A DNA stretch of 64,000 nucleotides. Source: an uncultured virus (IMG/VR IMGVR_UViG_3300022833_000008) (Duplodnaviria > Heunggongvirae > Uroviricota > Caudoviricetes). The stretch lies in IMG/VR virus record IMGVR_UViG_3300022833_000008, one strand, 5' to 3'. Positions 20,152 to 29,104 of this stretch are shown here, one piece after another (positions within the stretch are counted from its first letter, which is position 1; each line of letters begins with the position of its first letter). Under the pieces are notes generated by a model. The model saw only the letters and a program-made list of their open reading frames with translations, was not told the DNA's origin and did no database searches. The position numbers and the translations under genes were made by a program.

Positions 20152-20337
20152 ATGGGCCACTATGATGACGCAAGAGAGAGACATGATAAAAAGATAGATG
20201 ATGAACACTTCAAGTTACACGGTATTACTTATAGTGAAGAATGTCGTAAAAGGCAAGTAATTAAAAACGCAAAAAAGTTTGAATACCTAAAAGAATGCTA
20301 CAGAGAGTGCCTAGATAAAGGTTGGTTGTCTGTTTAA
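20152..20337 (+). CDS. Hypothetical protein
   Basis: GGAG RBS. Confidence 0.5.
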   Translation: MGHYDDARERHDKKIDDEHFKLHGITYSEECRKRQVIKNAKKFEYLKECYRECLDKGWLSV

Positions 20338-20357
20338 CAAAAACAAAGGATTAGGGA

Positions 20358-20624
20358 ATGAACACTAATTTAAATCAAGCTTCAGATAACGCCGGAGAGT
20401 ATAAAATAGTAGAAAAAGAAAACGGTACTTTTCAGCTATTCTACTCAGAAGAATTAGCAAGTGGAATAAGTAATTATATAGTCTGGAAAGTAATTTCATC
20501 ACATAAGTATGAGGATTTGGCAAAGGCTTCTATGATAGATCACTCTCTTAGTAAACTAGGAGAAATAACAAAAAACATTACTAAATTTAACATGCGAGGG
20601 GAGTATGTGCCTTATGACTTATAA
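20358..20624 (+). CDS. Hypothetical protein
   Basis: ORF with RBS. Confidence 0.5.
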   Translation: MNTNLNQASDNAGEYKIVEKENGTFQLFYSEELASGISNYIVWKVISSHKYEDLAKASMIDHSLSKLGEITKNITKFNMRGEYVPYDL

Positions 20625-20829
20625 TGACTTAAACGAGGTTGCAATGGCAACTATAAGTAAAGAAATTAGTGCAGATAGAGCAAGTGAACTTTTGAAGTTT
20701 TATATTGCAGCTGAAAAACAAGCTGAACTTTTAGGCTACGTGGGAGTAGGAGTAATTTCTTTCTCTGAACAAAACCTAGTTATATTCCAAACTAATCCAG
20801 AAAAATATGAAGGTTGGGACAAAGTATGA
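20605..20829 (+). CDS. Hypothetical protein
   Basis: ORF with RBS. Confidence 0.5.
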   Translation: MCLMTYNDLNEVAMATISKEISADRASELLKFYIAAEKQAELLGYVGVGVISFSEQNLVIFQTNPEKYEGWDKV

Positions 20830-21284
20830 ACCGTGTATTAAAGCGAATTGCAACTGAATTTAACGCTCAAGAGGAAGACGGAATGAAAATATTTGACTCA
20901 CAGAACCCTTACGCAAATATAGATACTTCAGATAAAGAATTCTTAGACTCGCTTGATAACCACAATAACAAAGAAGTTAAAAAAGAAACAGACTTTCATG
21001 GAGATTTCGGGTCTTTAGATGAAAAAGAGAAAAACCTAATTATCAACCCAACTCACTACAAAATTATTCCAAAAGAAGCTTATCTAAAGTACCCAAATGG
21101 CATGCAGTATATGGACATTATGAAATATGTCTTAGCACATCTAAAGCCACACGAAGCAGCTATTATGAGTCAAGTGTTTAAGTATTCTCTACGTATTGGT
21201 AAAAAAGATCACAAACTACAAGACGCAGAGAAAATTTGTTGGTATGCTAATTACATGGCTAAAACAGTTAAAGAAGAAAGCTAA
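20826..21284 (+). CDS. DUF3310-like protein (T7 gp1.7-related nucleotide kinase family)
   Basis: INPTHY...KYSLRIGKKD...QDAEKICWY. Confidence 0.75.
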   Translation: MNRVLKRIATEFNAQEEDGMKIFDSQNPYANIDTSDKEFLDSLDNHNNKEVKKETDFHGDFGSLDEKEKNLIINPTHYKIIPKEAYLKYPNGMQYMDIMKYVLAHLKPHEAAIMSQVFKYSLRIGKKDHKLQDAEKICWYANYMAKTVKEES

Positions 21285-21322
21285 TTCGAGGTATGGTTTA
21301 AACAGAAAAGGAGAGTAATTAG

Positions 21323-23257
21323 ATGACAACAACCTACGTATCAGATATCGAAGCCAACAACCTGCTACCGGGGATTACTAAAATCCATTGTACGGGCCTT
21401 GTAGATGTAGACACTGGAGAAGAATTCTTTTATCGGCCTCACGAACAACAAGCTTACCGAGATCGTATGGACACTGCAGACAAAGTTGTATTCCATAATG
21501 CCTTTGGTTATGACGTTGCTGCTATGTTTAAAGTCTGGGGCTACACACCAAAGTGTACTGTGATTTGTACAAAAGTTATGTCACAGGTTTTAAACTACCG
21601 ACGATTTGGTTTTGGTCACTCTTTAAAACTATTTGGTGAAGTCTTTGAAAGTGAACGTCTACGATTAGAAAGTATAGCTTTGAGCAGCAAAGAGCCAGCT
21701 GTAGTAAAAGCTGCACTTCTTGAAAAAGAAAATATCCTTTTGAAGGGAGACTATAAAGGAGGGTTTGAAGACTTTAATGAAGACATGTTTGAGTATATGA
21801 AACAAGATATTCGCCTTGGTGTCAAAGTATACAAGTTTCTTTTACAAGAACTACGTAACTATATTAAAGCTAGCGGCTCAAAAACCATCCTAAAAGCATT
21901 ACGTTCTGAAATGGAAATGGATGCTATCATGGCAAAACAGAGCCTTAATGGTTGGAAGTTTGACCTTAACGGCGCTAAGATGCTTGTAAAAGTTGTTGAA
22001 GACCAAATGGTAGAAATGCAAGATTTTATCAATCCAATGCTTTCTGGTAATACTATTGTAGTAGACCCCGATACTCAAAGAAAGCATGAAGAAGTTACAG
22101 GGAAACGTTATGCAGTACCGAAAAAACCAACTTACACAAAAGCAGGAAAACTTGTCAAGACAACTATCAATTGGTTTAAGCTTCCTCTGGACACCGATGT
22201 TAATTCTAGCCCCATTTGGGGTCGCTACTGTCGTGTTGATTTTACTGTTGGTGATATTGGTAATACTGATACGGTTAAAGGTCTTATCACTAGCTTGGGT
22301 TGGGAACCGGACGAGTGGAACTGGAAGAAAATCGACGGTAAGCTCACGAAAACATCAGCTAAACTCTCTGACAGTTCCTTGGAACCACTAGGAGAAGTTG
22401 GCGCTGCTTTAATGAAATACTACACTTTGCGCTCTAGACACTCTATCATTAAAGGTTGGTTTGAACACGTAGATAAAGAGTCAAGGCTTCACGGTGATGT
22501 CTTTAACATTGGCACTCCAACATTCCGACAAACTCACAAAATCATCGCTAACTTGCCTAGCGGTGGCGCAACACTAGGTAAAGAAATTCGAGAGTTGTTT
22601 GTTGCAAAGAAAGGCTACAAGATTGTATCAGCCGACTCTGCTGCCTGTCAGTTGCGATTACTTGCTCACTACATGAAAGATGCAGATTATCTAGATCTAA
22701 TTCTAAACGGTGATGTTCATCAACGAAATGCTGATATTCTAGGTTGTACTCGCTCTCAAGCAAAACGATTTATCTTTGCTTTCCTTTACGGCGCTGGCCC
22801 TCAAAAGCTTAGTAGTTACATCGGTAAGTCTTTAGCTGAGACTAAAAAGTCAATTAAAGCTTTTAAGAAAGCACTTCCAAAACTTACTGCTCTAATTGAG
22901 CGTATTACATCAATTGTTGAAGAAGGTAGCGCTATTACTGGTCTTGATGATCGCCCTATTATGCTACCTATTAAAGAGTGTTATAAAGCACTAAACTACT
23001 TGATCCAAGGTGCTGAAGCAGTAGTGATGAAAGCTACTGTTGTTATGATCGATAAAAGGCTAACTGAATCGAAGATTGATTTCTCGCACTTGTTGTTCTA
23101 TCACGATGAACACTCTGTAGAAGTACGTGAAGATCAAGCTGAAGAAGCTCGTGACATCATTATGCAATGTTTTATTGATGCCCCTAAAGAGTATGGTGTT
23201 GATATTATGACATGCGGCGATTGTAAAATCGGTGACAACTACTTCGAAGTACACTAA
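21323..23257 (+). CDS. polA: DNA polymerase family A with 3'-5' exonuclease
   Basis: SDIE exo I, FHNAFGYD exo II, motif A SADSAACQLR, motif B RSQAKRFIFAFLYG, motif C YHDE. Confidence 0.97.
   Translation: MTTTYVSDIEANNLLPGITKIHCTGLVDVDTGEEFFYRPHEQQAYRDRMDTADKVVFHNAFGYDVAAMFKVWGYTPKCTVICTKVMSQVLNYRRFGFGHSLKLFGEVFESERLRLESIALSSKEPAVVKAALLEKENILLKGDYKGGFEDFNEDMFEYMKQDIRLGVKVYKFLLQELRNYIKASGSKTILKALRSEMEMDAIMAKQSLNGWKFDLNGAKMLVKVVEDQMVEMQDFINPMLSGNTIVVDPDTQRKHEEVTGKRYAVPKKPTYTKAGKLVKTTINWFKLPLDTDVNSSPIWGRYCRVDFTVGDIGNTDTVKGLITSLGWEPDEWNWKKIDGKLTKTSAKLSDSSLEPLGEVGAALMKYYTLRSRHSIIKGWFEHVDKESRLHGDVFNIGTPTFRQTHKIIANLPSGGATLGKEIRELFVAKKGYKIVSADSAACQLRLLAHYMKDADYLDLILNGDVHQRNADILGCTRSQAKRFIFAFLYGAGPQKLSSYIGKSLAETKKSIKAFKKALPKLTALIERITSIVEEGSAITGLDDRPIMLPIKECYKALNYLIQGAEAVVMKATVVMIDKRLTESKIDFSHLLFYHDEHSVEVREDQAEEARDIIMQCFIDAPKEYGVDIMTCGDCKIGDNYFEVH
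21387..21405 (+). repeat. Motif B copy 3 (inside polA)
   Basis: ATTGTACGGGCCTTGTAGA; exact reverse complement of 51289-51307. Confidence 0.9.
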
Positions 23258-23276
23258 TAAGGAATTGGAGTTATAA

Positions 23277-23606
23277 ATGATACAAAGCTCAGAAAACTCA
23301 AAAATAAAAGTAGAAATCAATATTATGGACATTGTAGAGTTCAAAGACTTAACTAGTTCCCTTTATGACTGGGCTGTAGAAGTCGATAAAAAAGATGTGC
23401 AATCTCCGTCGGAAATTTCTTTAGTGAACTCTATCCTCAACCTGTCTGTTTCAAAACCAGAAAAAGACACTCTTTATACACACCCAGTTGTAACAAGAGT
23501 AGAAGTTATTGATAACTTTGGACGAAGCTACGCTAACTATACTTCTGAAAACGTTAAAACAGTCTTCCAAGATAGTGGTAAAACACTAAAAATATTCATT
23601 GATTAA
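23277..23606 (+). CDS. Hypothetical protein
   Basis: VTRVEVIDNFGRSY...QDSGKTLKIF conserved phage-type domain. Confidence 0.6.
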   Translation: MIQSSENSKIKVEINIMDIVEFKDLTSSLYDWAVEVDKKDVQSPSEISLVNSILNLSVSKPEKDTLYTHPVVTRVEVIDNFGRSYANYTSENVKTVFQDSGKTLKIFID

Positions 23607-23623
23607 ACGGGAGAACTAACTAA

Positions 23624-23884
23624 ATGGGACACTTAACTTCAAGAGGTGACTTTTGCAGCGAAAAAGAAGAACTGAGAGCAAGAGAGTGGTTTATGGAGAG
23701 TCGGGGTTATCGTTTCTGTGATATACCCGCTTGCAATTGTAACTCTTGGCACCAAGGTCACTGTGAAGCTCGTCTAAGAGATATTCGAGACTTACTTCAA
23801 GACTATGATGTACCTACGAATGGTATAATTTTGCTAGACGTGATTGAAGCAGCTGTTATCAAAGCTGGATACACAACAGATTAA
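23624..23884 (+). CDS. Hypothetical Cys/His protein
   Basis: GYRFCDIPACNCNSWH. Confidence 0.6.
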   Translation: MGHLTSRGDFCSEKEELRAREWFMESRGYRFCDIPACNCNSWHQGHCEARLRDIRDLLQDYDVPTNGIILLDVIEAAVIKAGYTTD

Positions 23885-23894
23885 GGGATGTTAA

Positions 23895-24443
23895 ATGAGC
23901 TATGTTAGAAACGCTAAATTTGCTGCTATGTCCTTTATGAAAGGATCTTACCCTGACCGTGATTGGTTTATTGTTGGTGGTCTTATACGAGACACTGACA
24001 TGGGTCTTCCTGTTAAAGACATCGATATTTTTATCTCTGGATACAGTACAGATCCTTTGCCAGAAATGTCCACTGATGATGGTTCCCGTAACGCCTATTT
24101 AATGCGAGCGCAAGTAATCCCTTGGATGGGGTTTGAGCTTAACTTAGTATTCTTACGTGGTGAGTGGAACCTAGAGCGCACTGCAGATCGTTGTGACTAC
24201 GGTATTTGTCAAGCAGGTTGGTGTCCTCGAACCGATCGAACTTACCGCTCTGATCAGTATAGCCAAGATATGCAGTTTAAACAGTTAACTCTTTGTCGAG
24301 ATACAGTACCAGAACGTCAAGTTCGTATGCAGGATAAATTTCCACATTTTATCCATCGAAACCCTAAAGAGTACGCTATCTCAAATAAAGTTACCTCTTG
24401 GTGTTATAATAGTGAAACTAAATCAATTGACAAACTCAGCTAA
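23895..24443 (+). CDS. tRNA nucleotidyltransferase/poly(A) polymerase head-domain protein
   Basis: IVGGLIRD...KDIDIF motif. Confidence 0.75.
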   Translation: MSYVRNAKFAAMSFMKGSYPDRDWFIVGGLIRDTDMGLPVKDIDIFISGYSTDPLPEMSTDDGSRNAYLMRAQVIPWMGFELNLVFLRGEWNLERTADRCDYGICQAGWCPRTDRTYRSDQYSQDMQFKQLTLCRDTVPERQVRMQDKFPHFIHRNPKEYAISNKVTSWCYNSETKSIDKLS

Positions 24444-24472
24444 GAATTTAAACTCAAAAGTAGGAAACTAAA

Positions 24473-24730
24473 ATGACAAAATGGAACTATAACCTAGAAG
24501 AAGCGCCTAAGAGTTACTACACCGAAGTAAAAACAGGTCGATTTAACAAAGAAGGGGAACCTATCACTAAACCCGGATTTATTGTAGAGCGTATCTTTGC
24601 AGTAATCCCAGATAGTTCTACTGTAACAATTTCTTACTGGTTGCCACGGGAAAACCGTTGGTGTATGTTTACTAAAGAACACGGCCCTCTCTGCTGGAAA
24701 GCTTGGCCGACGTTTTCTAAAGAAGATTAA
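24473..24730 (+). CDS. Hypothetical protein (DUF551-like W...APK...W..WP)
   Basis: Pattern in translation. Confidence 0.55.
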   Translation: MTKWNYNLEEAPKSYYTEVKTGRFNKEGEPITKPGFIVERIFAVIPDSSTVTISYWLPRENRWCMFTKEHGPLCWKAWPTFSKED

Positions 24731-24752
24731 ATTATAAATCAAAGGATACAGA

Positions 24753-24956
24753 ATGACTAACATGGTTAAAGCTATTACTGAAGCACTTCGTCGTCGTCGT
24801 AACATTAACAATACAATCAAAGAGCTACATAGTTTGTCAGATTTAGAGCTAAACGATATTGGAATTGCACGGGCCAACATTGAGGTAGTAGCTCGTGGTC
24901 TTATTGATATTCACCGAGTTGTACGTGACAATAGTAACGGAAAGGTTATTAAATGA
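24753..24956 (+). CDS. DUF1127 family small protein
   Basis: RRRR...ELHSLSDLELNDIGIAR. Confidence 0.85.
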   Translation: MTNMVKAITEALRRRRNINNTIKELHSLSDLELNDIGIARANIEVVARGLIDIHRVVRDNSNGKVIK

Positions 24957-25357
24957 CTGAACTTGAGAAAGCACTACATAACTTCATGTGTGTAGATACT
25001 GATACAGGAGATTGTACAGTACAAGAAGGTATCTACGATGGAGACTATACTAAGCCACGAGATATCAAAAAACTAGCTGAAATAGCTTTTGAGTCTGGTT
25101 GGGATGCCCACAAAGCCGCCTTGCCCGATATGATTGCGCCGTTGGTGTGGACTGATTTCTCAAGCGAGCAAGTATATCAACAGGCTGCACCTGTAATTTA
25201 TGGTAATACATATAACGTCCGAGGAACGAACAATACAGGCTGGAACGCATATTATGGTGAACAAATGATAAGCCCCTCGTTGTCGTGTCACCTGCAGGCG
25301 CAGGCAGCAGCCAACGCCCACCACGCAGCGGCAGCGTTTACAGGGGCAAACAAATGA
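24953..25357 (+). CDS. Hypothetical protein
   Basis: Starts with the MTELEK leader shared with the Ala-rich family. Confidence 0.6.
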   Translation: MTELEKALHNFMCVDTDTGDCTVQEGIYDGDYTKPRDIKKLAEIAFESGWDAHKAALPDMIAPLVWTDFSSEQVYQQAAPVIYGNTYNVRGTNNTGWNAYYGEQMISPSLSCHLQAQAAANAHHAAAAFTGANK

Positions 25358-25551
25358 TAGACACCAAGGTTAAGCCTGTTAAGTGGGTAGAGTCTGGTAA
25401 GCATTTTTATTCAGGAGAATACACTTTAGTATGTTTTGATGATGGCTTCTTGGTAGACTTTAATGATCTATGTCTAATGAGTGAATTGAACTTAGCTGAA
25501 GCTAAAAAATGCGCACTAGACCATTACACAACAACAGGAGAAAACAAATAA
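25354..25551 (+). CDS. Hypothetical protein
   Basis: ATGA overlap with the previous stop. Confidence 0.5.
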   Translation: MIDTKVKPVKWVESGKHFYSGEYTLVCFDDGFLVDFNDLCLMSELNLAEAKKCALDHYTTTGENK

Positions 25552-25835
25552 TGATTAAAGTAGTCTATAACGCAGGGTTTGGAGGTTATCAGTTATCTAG
25601 CGCTGCTATTGATTTGTACGAAAAGTATTCAAATCTAGAGTACTCTGAAGATGTTGATCGACACGATAAAATATTAGTCATGGTAGTTGAAAAACTAGGT
25701 GAGTTATCAGAAGTAAGTTATTCAACATTAAGGATTAAAGAGATACCAAAAGGTTCAGAATACGTAATAACTGACTACGATGGTTATGAGGCAGTAAGAA
25801 CCAAGGATAGCTACAACTGGAAAACTGCACAGTAG
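25551..25835 (+). CDS. Hypothetical conserved phage protein
   Basis: KVVYN..FGGY.LS...RHD..LV..VE.LG...YDGYE. Confidence 0.65.
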   Translation: MIKVVYNAGFGGYQLSSAAIDLYEKYSNLEYSEDVDRHDKILVMVVEKLGELSEVSYSTLRIKEIPKGSEYVITDYDGYEAVRTKDSYNWKTAQ

Positions 25836-25849
25836 GAGAGTAAAAATAC

Positions 25850-26131
25850 ATGCCAAATATTGAACAAAAACCTGTTAGAGGTATTGTTGCAGCTGCTTGC
25901 CAACTTGGAGGCTTAACTTTTTCAATGCCAGCTCCAGCAAGGCACCATGATATTCTGCAATCTATGCACGTAGCAGGTGTAAAAAATGGTTATGAAGATC
26001 AAGGTTTTCTTGATCACCGTGGAGTTTATGTCGGAAGGAAAGCTGCAATGATTGTTGCCATGCAGTGGGGCCAGCTAGAACAAGGTGAATTCTTAGACGG
26101 TGGCGAGTTGTTTAGTGAACACCTTTGGTAG
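25850..26131 (+). CDS. Hypothetical conserved phage protein
   Basis: PARHHD...QGFL...G.YV.R..A...GQ...LFSEHLW. Confidence 0.65.
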   Translation: MPNIEQKPVRGIVAAACQLGGLTFSMPAPARHHDILQSMHVAGVKNGYEDQGFLDHRGVYVGRKAAMIVAMQWGQLEQGEFLDGGELFSEHLW

Positions 26132-26397
26132 AAGTTGTATCAACAGAAATCCGTAATAGGATTCGGTTATCCGTAGCAGCTTACACTTACGAATACAGAA
26201 ACATGTCTATTATGACAGACCATGAGTTTGATGCGCTGTCTCTTAAAGTAGACCTTTCTGTAGTCACAGGTAACAGGAAACTAGATAACTTTTTCAAGAA
26301 GCACTTCCAACCCAGTACTGGAATGTGGATACGGAAACACCCCGACAAAGCTGGGTTAGAGAACATATACTACAGATATTGGAAAGAAAAGGAGTAA
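26125..26397 (+). CDS. Stand-alone protein resembling NAD-dependent DNA ligase domain Ia
   Basis: AYTYEY...SIMTDHEFDAL resembles YY...P.ISD.EYD.L. Confidence 0.55.
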   Translation: MVEVVSTEIRNRIRLSVAAYTYEYRNMSIMTDHEFDALSLKVDLSVVTGNRKLDNFFKKHFQPSTGMWIRKHPDKAGLENIYYRYWKEKE

Positions 26398-26399
26398 AA

Positions 26400-26792
26400 A
26401 TGTTTAAAGAAAAAATCATATTCTCAATTGACAACGGACATGATCTTCACACTATGGCCAAGTTCTTGCGTCACATTGACACCGTTAAAGCAATGGGTAA
26501 ACTAGAGGGAGGGTTTATACAGTGTATTAGCTATTATGGGGGTAAACTTAAAAGCTCTTTCATTATGGATGAAAAAGACTACGTCCGTTTTGTAGCTAAA
26601 CTAGGGTTCACAGTAAAACAAGAAAGTGTACTACAGGTTCCCGGAGATACGCGGCAACCTTGTATGTTGATATACCAAAATATACCATCAGATGTTTTAA
26701 GCCCTATGCGAAAGATAAAACCGGAAACTGCAATCAAAAGTAAAGCTTGGACTTATGTGATTGAAGAAAACACTTACTGGACTGCAGATTAG
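26400..26792 (+). CDS. Hypothetical protein
   Basis: AAGGAG RBS. Confidence 0.6.
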   Translation: MFKEKIIFSIDNGHDLHTMAKFLRHIDTVKAMGKLEGGFIQCISYYGGKLKSSFIMDEKDYVRFVAKLGFTVKQESVLQVPGDTRQPCMLIYQNIPSDVLSPMRKIKPETAIKSKAWTYVIEENTYWTAD

Positions 26793-26806
26793 AAATAGGA
26801 AACTCT

Positions 26807-27022
26807 ATGCAAGTTAAACAATACTTTAGATCTATTGCAATTTCAATCTCAATTCTAATAAACGCTATCTTTGGAGGTGTTGCAGGTCAAACTTTCTCTG
26901 CTAGACAGTATCAAAGAGAAATTAAAAACAAAATCAACCTATGTAAAATCATAGATAAAATCTTAGGAAAGGATCACTGCCAAGACTCTTGGTTGAAGTG
27001 GGTTCTTAGAAAGAGCTATTAA
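26807..27022 (+). CDS. Hypothetical conserved small protein
   Basis: NAIFGG...QTFSAR...DHC. Confidence 0.6.
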   Translation: MQVKQYFRSIAISISILINAIFGGVAGQTFSARQYQREIKNKINLCKIIDKILGKDHCQDSWLKWVLRKSY

Positions 27023-27023
27023 A

Positions 27024-27257
27024 ATGTTTACAATCGAAATGGATACTGAAAACGGCCACGGCACTACAATCACAGTACTAGATGAAACAGGTCAGCAAGA
27101 CGACTTGGAAGTTATTTTATTTGATGATATTGTATTTTTCCGACAAGTTGACGACTTTGAAGGGGTAAACTTAATTTGTCTAACTAACAATCAACTTAAA
27201 GATATGTTGTGCGCTATAGATCTTCCTTCTGGTACTTATCGAGCAAAAGCTAAATAA
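27024..27257 (+). CDS. Hypothetical acidic protein
   Basis: 77-aa ORF. Confidence 0.55.
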   Translation: MFTIEMDTENGHGTTITVLDETGQQDDLEVILFDDIVFFRQVDDFEGVNLICLTNNQLKDMLCAIDLPSGTYRAKAK

Positions 27258-27287
27258 TTTTATAAATAAAACAAGGATAGTATTACT

Positions 27288-27677
27288 ATGACAAATGAGA
27301 TGTGGGAAAAGTCTCAGGCTCAATTTAAGAAATTTGAAGCAAGCAGGGTTGAAAATAACATGTCTATCAAAACCAAAGTATATGAAACACAAGCCGCCGC
27401 TTTCGAAGTAAAAGATACCTGCATAGACACTTTGTTTATGGGATTAAGTTCTGAAGTCGGAGAACTTCTTAGTGAAAGACTAGAAGAAAAACGTACAGAT
27501 CGTGACGATATTAATCGTACTGAAGAAAGCCTAACTGAACTATCAGATATCCTGTGGTATGTTGCTCGAATTTCTGATCGTCTTGGTTCTAACCTAGAAG
27601 AACTTATGCGCCGGAATTTAATCAAGTTAGAAGACCGAGCTTTGAACGGTAAAAAGAGCTATAAAAATAAGGACTAA
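27288..27677 (+). CDS. MazG-like NTP pyrophosphohydrolase
   Basis: GLSSEVGEL...ELSDILWYV...NLIKLEDR. Confidence 0.85.
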   Translation: MTNEMWEKSQAQFKKFEASRVENNMSIKTKVYETQAAAFEVKDTCIDTLFMGLSSEVGELLSERLEEKRTDRDDINRTEESLTELSDILWYVARISDRLGSNLEELMRRNLIKLEDRALNGKKSYKNKD

Positions 27678-27697
27678 AAATACCCGCAAATAATGAT
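27678..27697 (+). promoter_or_regulatory. Putative phage RNAP promoter, motif A
   Basis: Exact copy; identity with the 17224 copy extends to 31 bp. Confidence 0.85.
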
Positions 27698-27733
27698 CAA
27701 AGGTTGACTTAATTATAATTTAAGGAAGTATAA

Positions 27734-28492
27734 ATGAACCTAGCAATTATCGATGGTGATGTTCTTCTGTATATGAGTATATGGAAAGTAGAGACATTAC
27801 CTAAAGCTAAAAAGAAATTTAAAGAACACTTTAATACAGTGTTGAATAGCCTGTTTATTGAAGACTATGTAATGGCCATGGGAGGACCGGATAACTTTAG
27901 AGTAGATCTTTATGAAGGTTATAAACGTTCAAAGAGTCGTTTAAATTCTAGTTCAACTAAACCAGAGTGGTTTAACGACCTGAAGTTGTGGACTACAAAG
28001 TATTACGATGGTTGTATTATGACTGATAACTGTGAAGCTGATGACATGTTACGAGTATGGGCATTAGAAGCAAAAGAAGCAGGTATTAATTCTGTTGTAG
28101 TTTCAATCGACAAAGACTTGCATTGTATTCCTGGAACCCATTTTAACCCTAAAACAAAAGCTATTGAACAAATTAGTGAGGAGTGGGCTAACTACTTTTA
28201 TTGGAAACAACTTCTTATGGGTGACAGTGTTGACAATATCCCGGGAATTAAGGGTATTGGTCCTAAAAAAGCTGAAAAAGTTTTAGAAGGGTCTGTCGGT
28301 AATGATGAACACAAGAAACGTATCTCTATTGAGTACTCCAAAGTTTATGGTGAAGCAGGTTTTGATCACATGTTGTTAAATGGAAAACTCTTGCACATCT
28401 GGAGAAAATTAGATGACCACTTCACCCTCGACAAAGAAGTATACGACAAAACTATTGAAGAACGAAATCGGACATTGGAAGTCAAAAGTTAG
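27734..28492 (+). CDS. 5'-3' exonuclease (T7 gp6/RNase H-like)
   Basis: IDGD, NFR..Y..YK..R, EADD, DKDL, GDSVDNIPGIKGIGPKKA. Confidence 0.92.
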   Translation: MNLAIIDGDVLLYMSIWKVETLPKAKKKFKEHFNTVLNSLFIEDYVMAMGGPDNFRVDLYEGYKRSKSRLNSSSTKPEWFNDLKLWTTKYYDGCIMTDNCEADDMLRVWALEAKEAGINSVVVSIDKDLHCIPGTHFNPKTKAIEQISEEWANYFYWKQLLMGDSVDNIPGIKGIGPKKAEKVLEGSVGNDEHKKRISIEYSKVYGEAGFDHMLLNGKLLHIWRKLDDHFTLDKEVYDKTIEERNRTLEVKS

Positions 28493-28910
28493 CTTCAACC
28501 CTAGCGACCACTTTGGTTTCTTGTATTGCATTCAAAACAAGATTACAAGACAGATCTACTGGGGTAAAAAACAATTCTGGCGAGGAGGTCTCAAAAAGTC
28601 TTCCACTTACGGTAAAGAAATGCCTTGGCGAGTTTATGTTGGATCCTCTGAACACCTAAAATTAGACCTCAAAAACCAAAAGAAATCTGATTTTGTATTT
28701 GAAATTGTCGATGTTTATAATACAAAAGGGGGTTTATATTACGCTGAGGCTTACTGTCAGATGGTTTCAGAATCTATGACCGAAAAGTTAGAAGATAATA
28801 AAACACCTCGCTTTTATAATAGACAGATTGCAGCTATCAGGTTTGTACCTAAAGAATCAATTAGTGTTCGTACAAGATCTTATTTAAAAACTATAAAAGG
28901 AAAATACTAA
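28413..28910 (+). CDS. GIY-YIG-family putative endonuclease
   Basis: FGFLYCI.N......YWGKKQF...W..Y.GSS...YN..I. Confidence 0.6.
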   Translation: MTTSPSTKKYTTKLLKNEIGHWKSKVSFNPSDHFGFLYCIQNKITRQIYWGKKQFWRGGLKKSSTYGKEMPWRVYVGSSEHLKLDLKNQKKSDFVFEIVDVYNTKGGLYYAEAYCQMVSESMTEKLEDNKTPRFYNRQIAAIRFVPKESISVRTRSYLKTIKGKY

Positions 28911-29104
28911 TGTTGAAAGACGTAGCTATTGCACTATATTTAGTAAAAGTAATAATCTTGTTTACAGGATTTCTTGCAGCTTTTAATATTTTTGATTTTA
29001 ATATCATGGGTTGCTTATTTGCTTATTTAGCGTGTCATAATTTCTCAGAACTTTTCATGGCTTCACACCTAAATAACGTTATAGATAGTAACAAGAATGG
29101 GTAG
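28910..29104 (+). CDS. Small membrane protein
   Basis: Hydrophobic 64 aa. Confidence 0.5.
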   Translation: MLKDVAIALYLVKVIILFTGFLAAFNIFDFNIMGCLFAYLACHNFSELFMASHLNNVIDSNKNG

